In this document: positions 1 to 9,506 of the stretch, in pieces
Layout: each line of letters opens with the position of its first letter
Numbering within the stretch: position 1 is the stretch's first letter
Assembly: GCA_009379995.1 (NCBI GenBank)
Contig: WHSR01000005.1
Span: 41,429 to 105,428 of the forward strand
Length of the DNA: 64,000 nucleotides
Direction: 5' to 3'
Source: Streptosporangiales bacterium
GTDB lineage: Bacteria > Actinomycetota > Actinomycetes > Streptosporangiales > WHSR01
Translations under genes and position numbers: made by a program
Notes under the pieces: generated by a model
Seen by the model: only the letters and a program-made list of their open reading frames with translations
The model's database searches: none
Told to the model about the DNA's origin: nothing

Positions 1-449
1 ACGATCATGGGCGTGCCATTGGCAAGCGCATTATTGATCACCGAACGCAGCTCGGGTGACAGCTCCGTAGCTTGTCGGGGAGGCGAGCTCCGTTCTGTGC
101 TGAACTCGATGCGAGTAACCTCGTCATTATCGGCAAAGCCGACGACAATCTTTGAAGACAGGGGCGCCGCACCTACTCCTGGAAAGGTACCTGTCACCTG
201 CATAGCGTCGCCGTCGTCGGTCACCGGGGTAGGCATTGACCAAGCACCACGTAGGTACACGGGTGTCAAGGGCCACTGGGCAGCCAGGTGTTGGCGAACC
301 GCTTTGCAGCCGGTAAGTTCCTTCCCGTCTACCGCAAGCGTTATGGATTCGGCCAAGAAGGACGCCGCGTACCTCGCAGCTGATGACTCCGCTGTTCTTA
401 CCGCCTTGAGGACCGCTTGTGTGGCCTTGCTGCGTAGTTCCCTGTCCAC
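1..449 (-). CDS. Partial CDS (runs off left edge); probable PNPOx-like/flavin-binding protein with an N-terminal NTF2/SnoaL-like region
   Basis: Not in the ORF track. Open minus frame from GTG 449 preceded by GGAGGA: VDRELRSKATQAVLKAVR...WPLTPVY...INNALANGTPMI. The + strand ORF 7..531 is its antisense shadow. Family call is from recalled similarity only. Confidence 0.6.
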   Translation of the reverse strand, partial: MDRELRSKATQAVLKAVRTAESSAARYAASFLAESITLAVDGKELTGCKAVRQHLAAQWPLTPVYLRGAWSMPTPVTDDGDAMQVTGTFPGVGAAPLSSKIVVGFADNDEVTRIEFSTERSSPPRQATELSPELRSVINNALANGTPMI

Positions 450-691
450 CCCTCATCTCCTCCCTACGCCTCCCGGCGCCGGACGCGAGTTCACCACACC
501 ATCACCAGCGGTCGCGGGATCGAAACCCTGACGCGCATTGTGCGCCGGGGCGGCGATGGCGGGACGTTTCTCATCTGCCGGCGAACTCCTCCGGCTCCAA
601 ACGATCGCTCTTGATCAGACGCACCCTTTCCGCACCCCGCGGGCCCTATGGTCAATAAAGGCGAGGTGGGCTGCCTTAGCCATCAAGGCCT

Positions 692-710
692 GAAACAATA
701 TTGTCAACAA
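692..710. promoter_or_regulatory. AT-rich palindromic operator (GntR/FadR-like) overlapping a TTGACA -35 on the minus strand
   Basis: GAAACAATATTGTCAACAA contains overlapping palindromes ACAATATTGT and TTGT-CA-ACAA, upstream of the 1..449 gene. Confidence 0.45.
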
Positions 711-771
711 CTACGTAGTCATCATCGGCGGCAACCGGACCGCTGTCAAGGTCCGCGTTGACTGCACGGAT

Positions 772-2748
772 TCAGTCGTGGGGGCGGCGTGCGGCGCCCG
801 GCCCGGGCCGCTCGGGGCGGCCGCGGATCCTGTCTGCGGATACGAGCTGCCAGGGCACGCTCGTCACCATGACACCGGGCTGGAACAACAGGCGCCCCTT
901 GAGCCGAAGCGCACTCTGGTTGTGCAGCAGGTGCTCCCACCAGTGGCCGACCACGTACTCCGGGATGAACACGGTCACCACGTCCCGTGGGCTGCGCCGA
1001 CGCACGGCCCGGACGTAGTCGAGCACCGGACGGGTGACCTCCCGGTACGGCGAGTCGAGGATCTTGAGAGTTACGGGGATGTCACGGCTTTCCCACTCGT
1101 CCTCGAGCTCCTGTGCCTCCTGGGCGTCGACAGCCACGGTGACGGCCTCGAGGGTGGAAGGCCGGGTCGCCCGCGCGTAGGCCAGCGCCCGCAGAGCGGG
1201 CTTGTGGATCTTGGAGACGAGCACGATGGCGTGGTTGCGCGCCGGAAGCGTGACGTCTTCGCCCGTCGGAGTCAGCTCGCGCGTCACCGAGTCGTAGTGG
1301 CGGCGGATCCCCTTCATCGTGAGGAAGACGATCGGCATCGCGACGACAACGATCCAGGCACCGTGGGTGAACTTCGTGATGAGGACGACGACCAGTACCA
1401 CGCCGGTGACCGAACCGCCGACCGCGTTGATGACCCGCGACCGCATCATCCTGCGCCGCGCGCGGGGGTCCGTCTCGCTGCGGAGCAACCGGGTCCAGTG
1501 CCGCACCATGCCGGTCTGGCTGAACGTGAACGACACGAACACGCCGATGATGTACAGCTGGATCAGCCGGGTCACCTCGGCGTTGAAGGCGTAGATGAGC
1601 AGGCCGGCGAAGGTCGCCAACAGCACTATCCCGTTGCTGAACGCCAGGCGGTCGCCGCGGGTGTGCAGCTGGCGCGGGAGGTAGCGGTTCTGCGCGAGGA
1701 TCGAGCCGAGCACCGGGAAACCGTTGAACGCGGTGTTCGCGGCGAGCACCAGGATGAGGGCGGTGACCAGCGACAGGTAGTAGAACCCGGGCGGGAAGTT
1801 GCTGAAGACCGCGCTCGCGACCTGAGTGATCGCCGTCTGCTGGTGGTAGCCGGGCGGCGCGCCGACCAGGGTGTCCGGGTTTTCGGTGACCCGTACCTGG
1901 GTGACGAGGGAGAGCGCCACGATCCCGCCGAACATCGTCACCGCGATGAGCCCGAGGACGAGCAGCGTCTTGGCGGCGTTGGGCCCCTTGGGCGGCCGGA
2001 ACGCCGGAACGCCGTTGCAGATCGCCTCGACGCCGGTGAGCGCCGCGGAACCCGAGGAAAAGGCCCGCAGCAGCAAGAAGGCGAACGCGAACCCGGCCAA
2101 CTGTCCGCCCTCCGGAGCGATCTCCAGGTCGGCGCTTGGAGCGCGCATCTCGTGGCCGAGCAGCAGCCGTAGCCCGGCGTAGGCGATCATCCCCAGCACC
2201 CCGACGATGAAGGCGTAGGTGGGCACCGCGAACGTGATGCCGGACTCCCGCACGCCGCGCAGGTTCATGATCATCAATACGGCCACGATCACGAGCGCGG
2301 CGAAAACCATGTAGTGGGCCAGTATCGGGACCGCCGCGGCGAGGTTGGCCACCCCCGCCGAGACGGAGACCGCCACCGTCAGCACGTAGTCGATGAGCAG
2401 CGCGCTCGCCACCATCAGGCCCGCCTGCGGACCGTGGTTGACGGTGGTCACCTCGTAGTCGCCGCCACCACTGGTGTAGGCGCGCACGTTCTGCCGATAC
2501 GAGGCCACCACGATGAGCAGGACGACGACTATGCACGCCGCGATCCACGGCGCGTAGACGTAGCCGGCCGTCCCGAGGAACGCCATCACGAGCAGGATCT
2601 CTTCGGGCGCGTACGCGACGGAGGAGAGCGGGTCGCTGGCGAACACCGGGAGAGCGATTCGCTTGGGCAGCAGCTGTTCGTGTAGCTGTGTGCTGCGCAA
2701 CGCGCGTCCGACGACGAGCCTCTTGGCGAGGTCCAGCGGATTGGGCAC
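772..2748 (-). CDS. APC family permease (KimA/Rv2690c-like K+ or amino acid transporter)
   Basis: 658 aa, many TM helices, ALPVFASDPLSSVAYA motif, cytoplasmic C-terminal domain with HWWEHLLHNQSAL; divergent from a trkA pair as in other actinobacteria. Confidence 0.9.
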   Translation of the reverse strand: MPNPLDLAKRLVVGRALRSTQLHEQLLPKRIALPVFASDPLSSVAYAPEEILLVMAFLGTAGYVYAPWIAACIVVVLLIVVASYRQNVRAYTSGGGDYEVTTVNHGPQAGLMVASALLIDYVLTVAVSVSAGVANLAAAVPILAHYMVFAALVIVAVLMIMNLRGVRESGITFAVPTYAFIVGVLGMIAYAGLRLLLGHEMRAPSADLEIAPEGGQLAGFAFAFLLLRAFSSGSAALTGVEAICNGVPAFRPPKGPNAAKTLLVLGLIAVTMFGGIVALSLVTQVRVTENPDTLVGAPPGYHQQTAITQVASAVFSNFPPGFYYLSLVTALILVLAANTAFNGFPVLGSILAQNRYLPRQLHTRGDRLAFSNGIVLLATFAGLLIYAFNAEVTRLIQLYIIGVFVSFTFSQTGMVRHWTRLLRSETDPRARRRMMRSRVINAVGGSVTGVVLVVVLITKFTHGAWIVVVAMPIVFLTMKGIRRHYDSVTRELTPTGEDVTLPARNHAIVLVSKIHKPALRALAYARATRPSTLEAVTVAVDAQEAQELEDEWESRDIPVTLKILDSPYREVTRPVLDYVRAVRRRSPRDVVTVFIPEYVVGHWWEHLLHNQSALRLKGRLLFQPGVMVTSVPWQLVSADRIRGRPERPGPGAARRPHD

Positions 2749-2874
2749 GCAAGGATGCTAGTGGTCGGCGCAAGAGATCTTGCTAACGACGTCCCCCTCC
2801 CGCTGGGGCCATACTTGCCGGGAGGATGGTCACGTACGGACCGCCGCGACACCTCGAACACCGGGAAGGACACC

Positions 2875-3540
2875 GTGCATGTCGTGATCATGGGATGTGG
2901 CAGGGTGGGCTCCACCCTGGCGCACATCCTTGAGGACATGGGGCACTCGGTGGCGATCATCGACCAGAACCCCGAGGCGTTCCGCAGGCTGCGCGCCCAC
3001 TTCGGCGGCCGCCGGGTCACCGGCTTCGGCTTCGACCGCGACGTACTCATCGAGGCCGGCATCGAGCGTGCCGACGCATTCGTAGCGGTCAGCAGCGGCG
3101 ATAACTCCAACATCATCTCGGCCCGGGTCGCCCGTGAGACGTTCCGCGTCGAGGGGGTGGTTGCCCGCATCTACGACCCTCGCCGCGCGGAGGTCTACCA
3201 GCGGCTGGGTATCCCCACGGTGGCCACCGTGCGGTGGACCGCCGATCAGATACTCCGCCGTCTTTTCCCGCACGCCCCGGAGCCGCTGTGGAGCGATCCC
3301 ACCGGCTCGGTAGTCCTCGCGCAGGTGGACGTCAACCCCCGCTGGATCGGGGAAAAGATCTCCACCATGGAGGCCGCGTCGGGCACCCGCATCGCCCTGC
3401 TCAGCCGGTTCGGTGAGGGGGTCGTCGCGACCGGGGATACCGTGCTGCAGGAGGGCGACGTCGTCCATGTCGTCGCGCCGGCCGCCGAGATGGAACGGAT
3501 CAGCGCTGTCTTCGCGGCCGGCGACGAAGGAGGCGAATGA
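2875..3540 (+). CDS. trkA: TrkA family K+ uptake protein (CeoB-like)
   Basis: GTG start; HVVIMGCGRVG NAD-binding RCK_N domain, GDNSNI motif, RCK_C domain. Confidence 0.9.
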   Translation: MHVVIMGCGRVGSTLAHILEDMGHSVAIIDQNPEAFRRLRAHFGGRRVTGFGFDRDVLIEAGIERADAFVAVSSGDNSNIISARVARETFRVEGVVARIYDPRRAEVYQRLGIPTVATVRWTADQILRRLFPHAPEPLWSDPTGSVVLAQVDVNPRWIGEKISTMEAASGTRIALLSRFGEGVVATGDTVLQEGDVVHVVAPAAEMERISAVFAAGDEGGE

Positions 3541-4199
3541 TGCGGGTCGCGATCGCCGGAGCAGGAGCGGTGGGCCGGTCCATCGCCCAGGAGCTGCTGG
3601 GCAACGGCCACGAGGTGCTGCTCATCGACAAGAGTCCCAGGTCGATCAAGGTGGAGAGCGTTCCCCGGGCCGAGTGGCTGCTCGCCGACGCATGCGAGAT
3701 CTCCTCGCTGGACGACGCCGGGCTGGAACGCTGTCAGGTCGTCGTGGCGGCGAGCGGGGACGACAAGGTCAACCTGGTGGTCTCGCTGCTCGCGAAGACC
3801 GAGTACGGGGTGCCGCGGGTGGTCGCCCGCATCAACCATCCCAAGAATGAGTGGCTGTTCAACGAGTCATGGGGAGTGGACGTCGCGGTGTCCACCCCGC
3901 GTCTGCTGTCGGCTCTCGTCGAGGAGGCGGTCAGCGTCGGCGAGCTGGTACGGCTCCTGACGTTCCGGCAGGGCGATGCCGACCTCGTCGAACTCACCCT
4001 CCCCGACGACGCGGCCCTGGTCGGTCAGCGGGTAGGCGGGATCACCTGGCCGCCCGACACGGCCCTCGTAGCGATCCTGCGAGAGGGGCGGGTGCTCGTG
4101 CCGACCGCCGACGATCCCCTCGAGGTCGGCGACGAGCTGCTGTTCGTCGCCCGTCAGGAGATGGAGGGCGAGCTCGCGGACCTTCTGTCGAAGGCCTAG
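3540..4199 (+). CDS. trkA: TrkA family K+ uptake protein (CeoC-like)
   Basis: MRVAIAGAGAVG, GDDKVNLVVSLLAKTEYGV, WGVDVAVSTPR; coupled to the upstream paralogue. Confidence 0.9.
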   Translation: MRVAIAGAGAVGRSIAQELLGNGHEVLLIDKSPRSIKVESVPRAEWLLADACEISSLDDAGLERCQVVVAASGDDKVNLVVSLLAKTEYGVPRVVARINHPKNEWLFNESWGVDVAVSTPRLLSALVEEAVSVGELVRLLTFRQGDADLVELTLPDDAALVGQRVGGITWPPDTALVAILREGRVLVPTADDPLEVGDELLFVARQEMEGELADLLSKA

Positions 4200-4224
4200 G
4201 GGCACCGCCCCGCCCCCTATGGTT

Positions 4225-4276
4225 GTGATCTTGCAGAAATTTGAACCGGCCCGAGGTTGAATTTCTGCAAGATCAC
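4225..4276. repeat. Palindromic REP/MITE-like element, copy 1
   Basis: GTGATCTTGCAGAAATTTGA-accggcccgagg-TTGAATTTCTGCAAGATCAC; outer pairing TGGTT/GACCA; between convergent genes. Confidence 0.9.
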
Positions 4277-5220
4277 GACCAAGCGGATGCCGCGGCGCGT
4301 TCAACCGCGACGCGGGCGAGGGCCCAATCCTGGGCGGAGACACCCACCGACTTGAACACAGTGGGCGCCTCGGATGCCTGCCGCTCGGCGGCAAGCAGCA
4401 GGTCGCCGACCTCGACGAGGCGCTTCTCGTCCAGCTGACCGGCCTCGATCGCCTGGATGACGTCGCCTGCCCCGGCGAGCGCCGCTTCCCGCTGGTCCAC
4501 CACTACCCGTGACCGGGCCAGCAACTCGGCCGGCACCTCGCACATGTCGGGGCGGTAGGAGCCGATGGCGTTGACGTGCGTCCGCGGGCCGACATCCGCC
4601 GCGTCGAACACCGGTGCCCGCGCCGTGGTCGCGCAGCACACAACCTCGGCGCCCCGTACCGCCTGCGAAGATGTCGGCACGACCCGAACGTCGAGCTCGG
4701 TGTGCGCCTCGGCGAGGGTGGCGGCGAGCTCGTTGGCGGTTGTTTCGTTGCGACTGAAGATCCGTACCTCGCGGACCTGTCGCACGGCCAGAACCGCCTC
4801 GACCTGATCGCGGGCCTGCGCCCCGGAGCCGATCAGCGCAAGGGTGCTGGCGTCCGGTGCGGCCAGCAGGTCGGTGGCGACCCCCGAGGCCGCACCGGTC
4901 CGCATGGCGGTGACGGTCTCACCGTCCAGCACCGCGAGCGGCTCCCCCGTCGGCCCGTCGAACCACAGCACCACGGCATGCAGCAACGGCAGTCCGCGCC
5001 CCGGGTTCTCCGGCCGCACGGTCAGGATCTTGGTCACGAACCCCTCGGGGTTCTCGACGGGCCGCCCGGCCATCAGCAACTCCGTGCCGCCGCCCACGGC
5101 GACCCGCTGCGGTGCGAGGAACTGGCCGCCGGACACCAGCCGGAATGCCTCCCGTACCGCCTCGACCGCGTCGGCCATGCTCACCAGACGGCGGAGATGC
5201 CCGCCGTCGATGATTCGCAT
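4273..5220 (-). CDS. Ornithine cyclodeaminase/mu-crystallin family protein
   Basis: ATG 5220 overlaps the upstream stop; TAMRTGAASG, GSGAQA, HVNAIGS and FKSVG motifs; stop codon lies inside palindrome copy 1. Confidence 0.88.
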   Translation of the reverse strand: MRIIDGGHLRRLVSMADAVEAVREAFRLVSGGQFLAPQRVAVGGGTELLMAGRPVENPEGFVTKILTVRPENPGRGLPLLHAVVLWFDGPTGEPLAVLDGETVTAMRTGAASGVATDLLAAPDASTLALIGSGAQARDQVEAVLAVRQVREVRIFSRNETTANELAATLAEAHTELDVRVVPTSSQAVRGAEVVCCATTARAPVFDAADVGPRTHVNAIGSYRPDMCEVPAELLARSRVVVDQREAALAGAGDVIQAIEAGQLDEKRLVEVGDLLLAAERQASEAPTVFKSVGVSAQDWALARVAVERAAASAWS

Positions 5221-5876
5221 CACGCGGCCTGCTGCGGGGACACCGGCTTGCTCTGCTTGAGGATGAGGAAGGTCATCCAGAGCACGAGCAGATAGAGCGG
5301 GAAGCCCAAGGCCACCCTGGCCACACCGAGCGGGACGAGTTGCGCGGTCAGATAGAGCGGTACGAGCACGCCGAGCCGCACCACGAACATGCCGACCCAC
5401 ACCAGGCTGGCGAGCGCGTACGCACGGCGTCGGACGGGATCGCGTCGCCAGCCGAGGCCCTCGCCGAACACCGGGCCGAGCAGTATTCCCAGCAGCGGCC
5501 AGCGGGCCAGCAGCGAGACGGCGAACGCCGCCAGGTAGCCCCCATTAATGAGCAGGCCGGGCAGGAAGAAGTTCTCCGGGCGTCCGGTGCGGTGCGCGAT
5601 ATAGGCGGCGATACCAACGCCCACGAACCCGGCGAGCGCGTGCTGCAGGGTCTCCCGCCGCAACAGCCGGGCGAGGAAGAGCACCGCGCCCACCGCGACA
5701 GCGGCCCACACCGCCGGCTGCAGGCCACCGCCCAACACGAACACCATGACGAAGACGATCCCGGGCAGCCCGGTGTCGAGGAGACCCCGAGGCCCACCCA
5801 TGGCCGAATAGACCGATGGCTCGGCCTCCTCGGCTTGCGGAGCGTTCGGGGCGTGCTGGGCCTGCCCGGTGTTCAT
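5220..5876 (-). CDS. DUF3159 family membrane protein
   Basis: MGGPRGLLDTGLPG, ENFFLPGLLIN, RWPLLG; conserved synteny with trkA and the OB-fold gene. Confidence 0.85.
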   Translation of the reverse strand: MNTGQAQHAPNAPQAEEAEPSVYSAMGGPRGLLDTGLPGIVFVMVFVLGGGLQPAVWAAVAVGAVLFLARLLRRETLQHALAGFVGVGIAAYIAHRTGRPENFFLPGLLINGGYLAAFAVSLLARWPLLGILLGPVFGEGLGWRRDPVRRRAYALASLVWVGMFVVRLGVLVPLYLTAQLVPLGVARVALGFPLYLLVLWMTFLILKQSKPVSPQQAA

Positions 5877-6289
5877 GCGCCACCGACCGGGCGCAGCTGA
5901 TAACGAGGGTTGAACATCACCTTGCGACCGTTCTGAACGGAGACCAGCCCCTCCGCCAAGAGCATGCGACCCGGCTCGATGCCACCGATCCGCCGCCTGC
6001 CCAACCAGACGAGAGTGACCATGTCCGAGCCATCGTACAGGTCGGCCTCCAGGCAAGGTACGCCGCTGCGGGGACGCAGCGTCACCGTCCGCACAGTGCC
6101 GCAGACGGCGGCCCGCTGCCGCTCTCCGCAGGAGGCGATGGGGGTGGCACCGGCCTCCTCCGCGTCCTCTTGCAGTTCCTCGGCCTCCAGCTCGGCCCGG
6201 CTGGAGGTCCACCGGTGAAGCAGGCGCCGCAGACCACGCCTCGCGCCGTCCGGGCCGTGCTCCGGTGCCCCGCGCGACACCTCACTCAT
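5873..6289 (-). CDS. OB-fold nucleic acid-binding protein
   Basis: LEADLYDGS..VTLVWLGRRRIGGIEPG...FNPRYQL. Confidence 0.85.
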   Translation of the reverse strand: MSEVSRGAPEHGPDGARRGLRRLLHRWTSSRAELEAEELQEDAEEAGATPIASCGERQRAAVCGTVRTVTLRPRSGVPCLEADLYDGSDMVTLVWLGRRRIGGIEPGRMLLAEGLVSVQNGRKVMFNPRYQLRPVGGA

Positions 6290-6366
6290 GTCTGGCAAGG
6301 GTAGTCCCCTCGCGGGGATCATGGATCCAAGCGACAATCCACCCCCGGCTCGGTCACCGGAACGAG

Positions 6367-7128
6367 TCAGCGGGTTTCGGTGATCTCCGGGCCGCGGCGG
6401 AACGGGTTGATGTCGAACCGATCTCGCTCCTCCGCGGAGGCCTCTTCGCTCCCCGCCTGCCGAACGTCCCGCGGGAGCCGCAGTTCGAGCAGCGTGTGCG
6501 GGGGCATGGGTGCGTCGCCGCGTACCACGACGATGCCGCGGAAGACCTCCTCGAGCCGCCCGGCCGCGTCCGCGCTCTCCGCCGCGGGCCCGGTGAACAC
6601 TCCGCGCAGCAGCCACCGCGGGCCGTCCACCCCCACAAACCGGGCGGGAAGCGGGACGACCCCGCGGTCCGGCATGTCGGTCGGCACCCGGCCCCGGAGC
6701 TCGGTGCCGAACTCCCCCTCGACTTCCTCGGCGCTGCCGTCGGCGCCCTGCAGGTCCCGTACCACCTCGCGCCGTACATCCGCCCAGATGCCGGTGCTCT
6801 TGGGCGCAGCGAGAGCCTGTATCTGCAACGCGCTCTGTTCGTGCAGCACGGTGGCCGCTATGACCTGGTCGTCGACAATGTTCGCCTGGACCTCAAGGTC
6901 GGGACCCACCGGCACACGCAACGCGCCGAGGTCCACCCGCTCGATGTCGGGCGCGGGCTCGTCGACGTCCCAAGGCCCCTCCTGCCGCTCTTCCGGAACC
7001 TCGGACTCCTCGAAGTCCTCGGAGCCCTCGGGGTCCGAGGACTCCTCTGTGTCGGTGTCGAGGCTGTCGTACACCTCCAGGTCCTCGGAGGAGTGCCTTG
7101 CGTGACGACCGGGCCGGCGTCGAAACAT
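6367..7128 (-). CDS. DUF3710 family protein
   Basis: GPWD, RVDLGALRVP, ARFVGVDGPRWLLRGV, NPFRRGPEITETR; adjacent to dut. Confidence 0.88.
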   Translation of the reverse strand: MFRRRPGRHARHSSEDLEVYDSLDTDTEESSDPEGSEDFEESEVPEERQEGPWDVDEPAPDIERVDLGALRVPVGPDLEVQANIVDDQVIAATVLHEQSALQIQALAAPKSTGIWADVRREVVRDLQGADGSAEEVEGEFGTELRGRVPTDMPDRGVVPLPARFVGVDGPRWLLRGVFTGPAAESADAAGRLEEVFRGIVVVRGDAPMPPHTLLELRLPRDVRQAGSEEASAEERDRFDINPFRRGPEITETR

Positions 7129-7130
7129 GG

Positions 7131-7610
7131 TCAGCTTCTCCCGGCGCCGAAGAAGGCGCCCTGCTCGCCGTGACCGCCGGTGGAGCCGTGCCCGCCCTCA
7201 CCGCGGGCGGACCCGGGCAGGGTTGCCGCCTCGTGGAAGGCGGCCCGCTCGACCCGCTGGACGACGAGCTGGGCAATGCGATCCCCGCGCTCAAAGCGCA
7301 CGGGTTCCTTGAGATCGGTGTTGATGAGCGTGACTTTGATCTCTCCCCTATAGCCGGCATCCACCGTGCCGGGCGCGTTGACCAGCGTCACCCCGTGCCT
7401 CGCGGCGAGGCCCGAGCGCGGGTGGACGAAGGCCGCGTAGCCCTCCGGAAGTGCCACCGCGATGCCGGTGCCGACGGTGGCCCGCTCGCCCGGAGCGAGT
7501 TCGAGGTCCACGGCGGTCACCAGATCCGCCCCGGCGTCTCCGGGGTGCGCATAGGCCGGCAGCGGCAGCTCGGCGTCCAGCCGGCGAACGAGAACATCTA
7601 CGTGGTTCAC
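7131..7610 (-). CDS. dut: dUTP diphosphatase
   Basis: [28 protein letters not shown] and [10 protein letters not shown] motifs. Confidence 0.95.
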   Translation of the reverse strand: MNHVDVLVRRLDAELPLPAYAHPGDAGADLVTAVDLELAPGERATVGTGIAVALPEGYAAFVHPRSGLAARHGVTLVNAPGTVDAGYRGEIKVTLINTDLKEPVRFERGDRIAQLVVQRVERAAFHEAATLPGSARGEGGHGSTGGHGEQGAFFGAGRS

Positions 7611-7656
7611 GCTCGTTGACCCTAAACCATCGCGGCGGTCGCCCAAGATGGGAGGC

Positions 7657-8406
7657 ATGCGACTGTCCGGCACCACGGCCCTCATCACCGGCGCGTCCTC
7701 GGGCATCGGCGCCGCCATCGCCGTCGCGCTCGCGGCGGCAGGGTCGCGCCCGCTGCTGATGGGCCGCGACGAAGACCGGCTCGCCCGCGTCGCGCGAAGC
7801 ACCGGCGGGGTGCCCATCGTCGCCGACCTGGCCTCGCCGGAGGGTGTCGCGGACGCGGCCGGCAGGGCATTCGAGAACGCCGAGCACATCGACGTTCTGG
7901 TGAACAACGCCGGCATCGGCTGGGCGGGACCGCTGGAGGCGATGTCGGAGGGCGACGTGGCCCGGCTCACCGACACCAACCTGGTCGCCCCGATCTACCT
8001 CACCCGCCGGGCACTGCCCCGCATGGTCGAGCGCGGCGGGCACATTCTGTTCGTGACCTCCATCGCCGGGTGCACGGGGGTGCGTGAGGAGGCGGTGTAC
8101 GCCGCCACCAAGGCCGGGCTGCACGTCTTCGCCGAGGGCCTTCGGTACGAGGTCGCCGGCAACGGCGTAGGCGTCTCCGTCGTCGTTCCGGGCGTTGTCG
8201 CCACCCCGTTCTTCGAGCGCCGCGGGACGCCGTACGGGCGCCGCCGGCCGCGTCCGGTGCCGGCCGAGCGGGTGGCCCGGGCAGCCGTCGACGCGCTCCA
8301 GCACGACCGCGCCGAGGTGTTCGTGCCCCGATGGATGCGGCTTCCGGCACGCCTGCACGGCGGGATGCCGGGAGCGTTCCGCGCCCTCGCCGCCCGCGGC
8401 GGCTAG
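7657..8406 (+). CDS. Short-chain dehydrogenase/reductase
   Basis: [12 protein letters not shown], catalytic YAATK. Confidence 0.9.
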   Translation: MRLSGTTALITGASSGIGAAIAVALAAAGSRPLLMGRDEDRLARVARSTGGVPIVADLASPEGVADAAGRAFENAEHIDVLVNNAGIGWAGPLEAMSEGDVARLTDTNLVAPIYLTRRALPRMVERGGHILFVTSIAGCTGVREEAVYAATKAGLHVFAEGLRYEVAGNGVGVSVVVPGVVATPFFERRGTPYGRRRPRPVPAERVARAAVDALQHDRAEVFVPRWMRLPARLHGGMPGAFRALAARGG

Positions 8407-8423
8407 CCCTCTCCCCCTTGGCC

Positions 8424-8474
8424 GTGATCTTGCAGAAATTCAAACGCATCCGCGTTGAATTTCTGCAAGATCAC
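8424..8474. repeat. Palindromic REP/MITE-like element, copy 2
   Basis: GTGATCTTGCAGAAATTCAA-acgcatccgcg-TTGAATTTCTGCAAGATCAC; outer arms TCCCCCTTGGCC/GGCCCAAAGAGGGGGA; between convergent SDR and hpnH. Confidence 0.9.
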
Positions 8475-8495
8475 GGCCCAAAGAGGGGGAACGGC

Positions 8496-9506
8496 CTAGC
8501 CGCCGCGGGCGGCGCGGAGCGACTGCGTCAGCGAGCCCACCGTGGCGAAGACCGCGGTGGGCTCGTACCCGCAGTGCGCCATGCAGTTGGCGCAGCGCGG
8601 GTCCCGGCCGCGGCCGTACTTGGACCAGTCGGTGTCCTCGATCAGCTCCCGATAGGTCTTGGCGTACCCGTCCGACATCAGGTAACAGGGCCGCTGCCAG
8701 CCGAACAGCGAGTACGACGGGATCGCCCAGGCGGTGCACTCGAAGTCGACCTTGCCCTCGAGGAAGTCCAGGAAGAGCGGGGAATGGTTCAGCCGCCAGC
8801 GCTTCCGCCGCCCGTCGGCGAAGGCCTTGCGGAACAGCTCCCGCGTCTCCTCGACGCCGAGGAAGTGCTCCTGGTCCGGCGCCTTCTCGTACGCGTACGC
8901 CGGCGAGATCTGCATTTGGTCGACCTCGGCCTCGTCGTTGAGGAAGTCGAGCACGTCGATGATCGTCTGCGGCGTGTCGGTATTGAAGAACGTGGAGTTG
9001 GTGTTGACGCGGAACCCGCGCCGCTTGAGGTCCTTGATCGCCTCGACCGCCTCGTCGAAGACACCGTCCTGGCTCACCGAGGCGTCGTGCCGCTCGCGCA
9101 GGCCGTCGACGTGGATGACCCAGGAGAAGTACTGCGACGGCTTGAAGTCGAAGCGGTCGAGACGCTTGCGTACGAGCAACGCGTTGGTGCAAAGGAAGAC
9201 GTACTTCTTGCGCTTGACGAGCTCGTTGACCATCTTGTCGATCTCGGGGTGCATGAGCGGCTCGCCGCCGGCGATGGACACCATGGGCGCCCCGCACTCC
9301 TCCATCGCGGCGACTGCCTGCTCCACCGGCATCCGCTGCTTGAGGATGTTCGCGGGGTGCTGGATCTTCCCGCATCCAACGCACGCCAGGTTGCAGGCGA
9401 ACAGCGGTTCCAGCTCGACGAGCAGCGGGAACTTCTGCCTGCGCCGCAACTTCTGCGCCATGATGTAGCTGCCTATCCGCAGGCTCTGCCGCACTGGCAT
9501 CGCCAT
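8496..9506 (-). CDS. hpnH: Adenosyl-hopene transferase, radical SAM
   Basis: LEPLFACNLACVGCGKI (CxxxCxxC), YAYEKAPDQEHFL, CANCMAHCGYE; within the shc operon. Confidence 0.93.
   Translation of the reverse strand: MAMPVRQSLRIGSYIMAQKLRRRQKFPLLVELEPLFACNLACVGCGKIQHPANILKQRMPVEQAVAAMEECGAPMVSIAGGEPLMHPEIDKMVNELVKRKKYVFLCTNALLVRKRLDRFDFKPSQYFSWVIHVDGLRERHDASVSQDGVFDEAVEAIKDLKRRGFRVNTNSTFFNTDTPQTIIDVLDFLNDEAEVDQMQISPAYAYEKAPDQEHFLGVEETRELFRKAFADGRRKRWRLNHSPLFLDFLEGKVDFECTAWAIPSYSLFGWQRPCYLMSDGYAKTYRELIEDTDWSKYGRGRDPRCANCMAHCGYEPTAVFATVGSLTQSLRAARGG

Noticed and set aside
7-531. 174-aa plus-strand ORF
   Set aside because: Antisense shadow of the minus-strand gene starting at 449.
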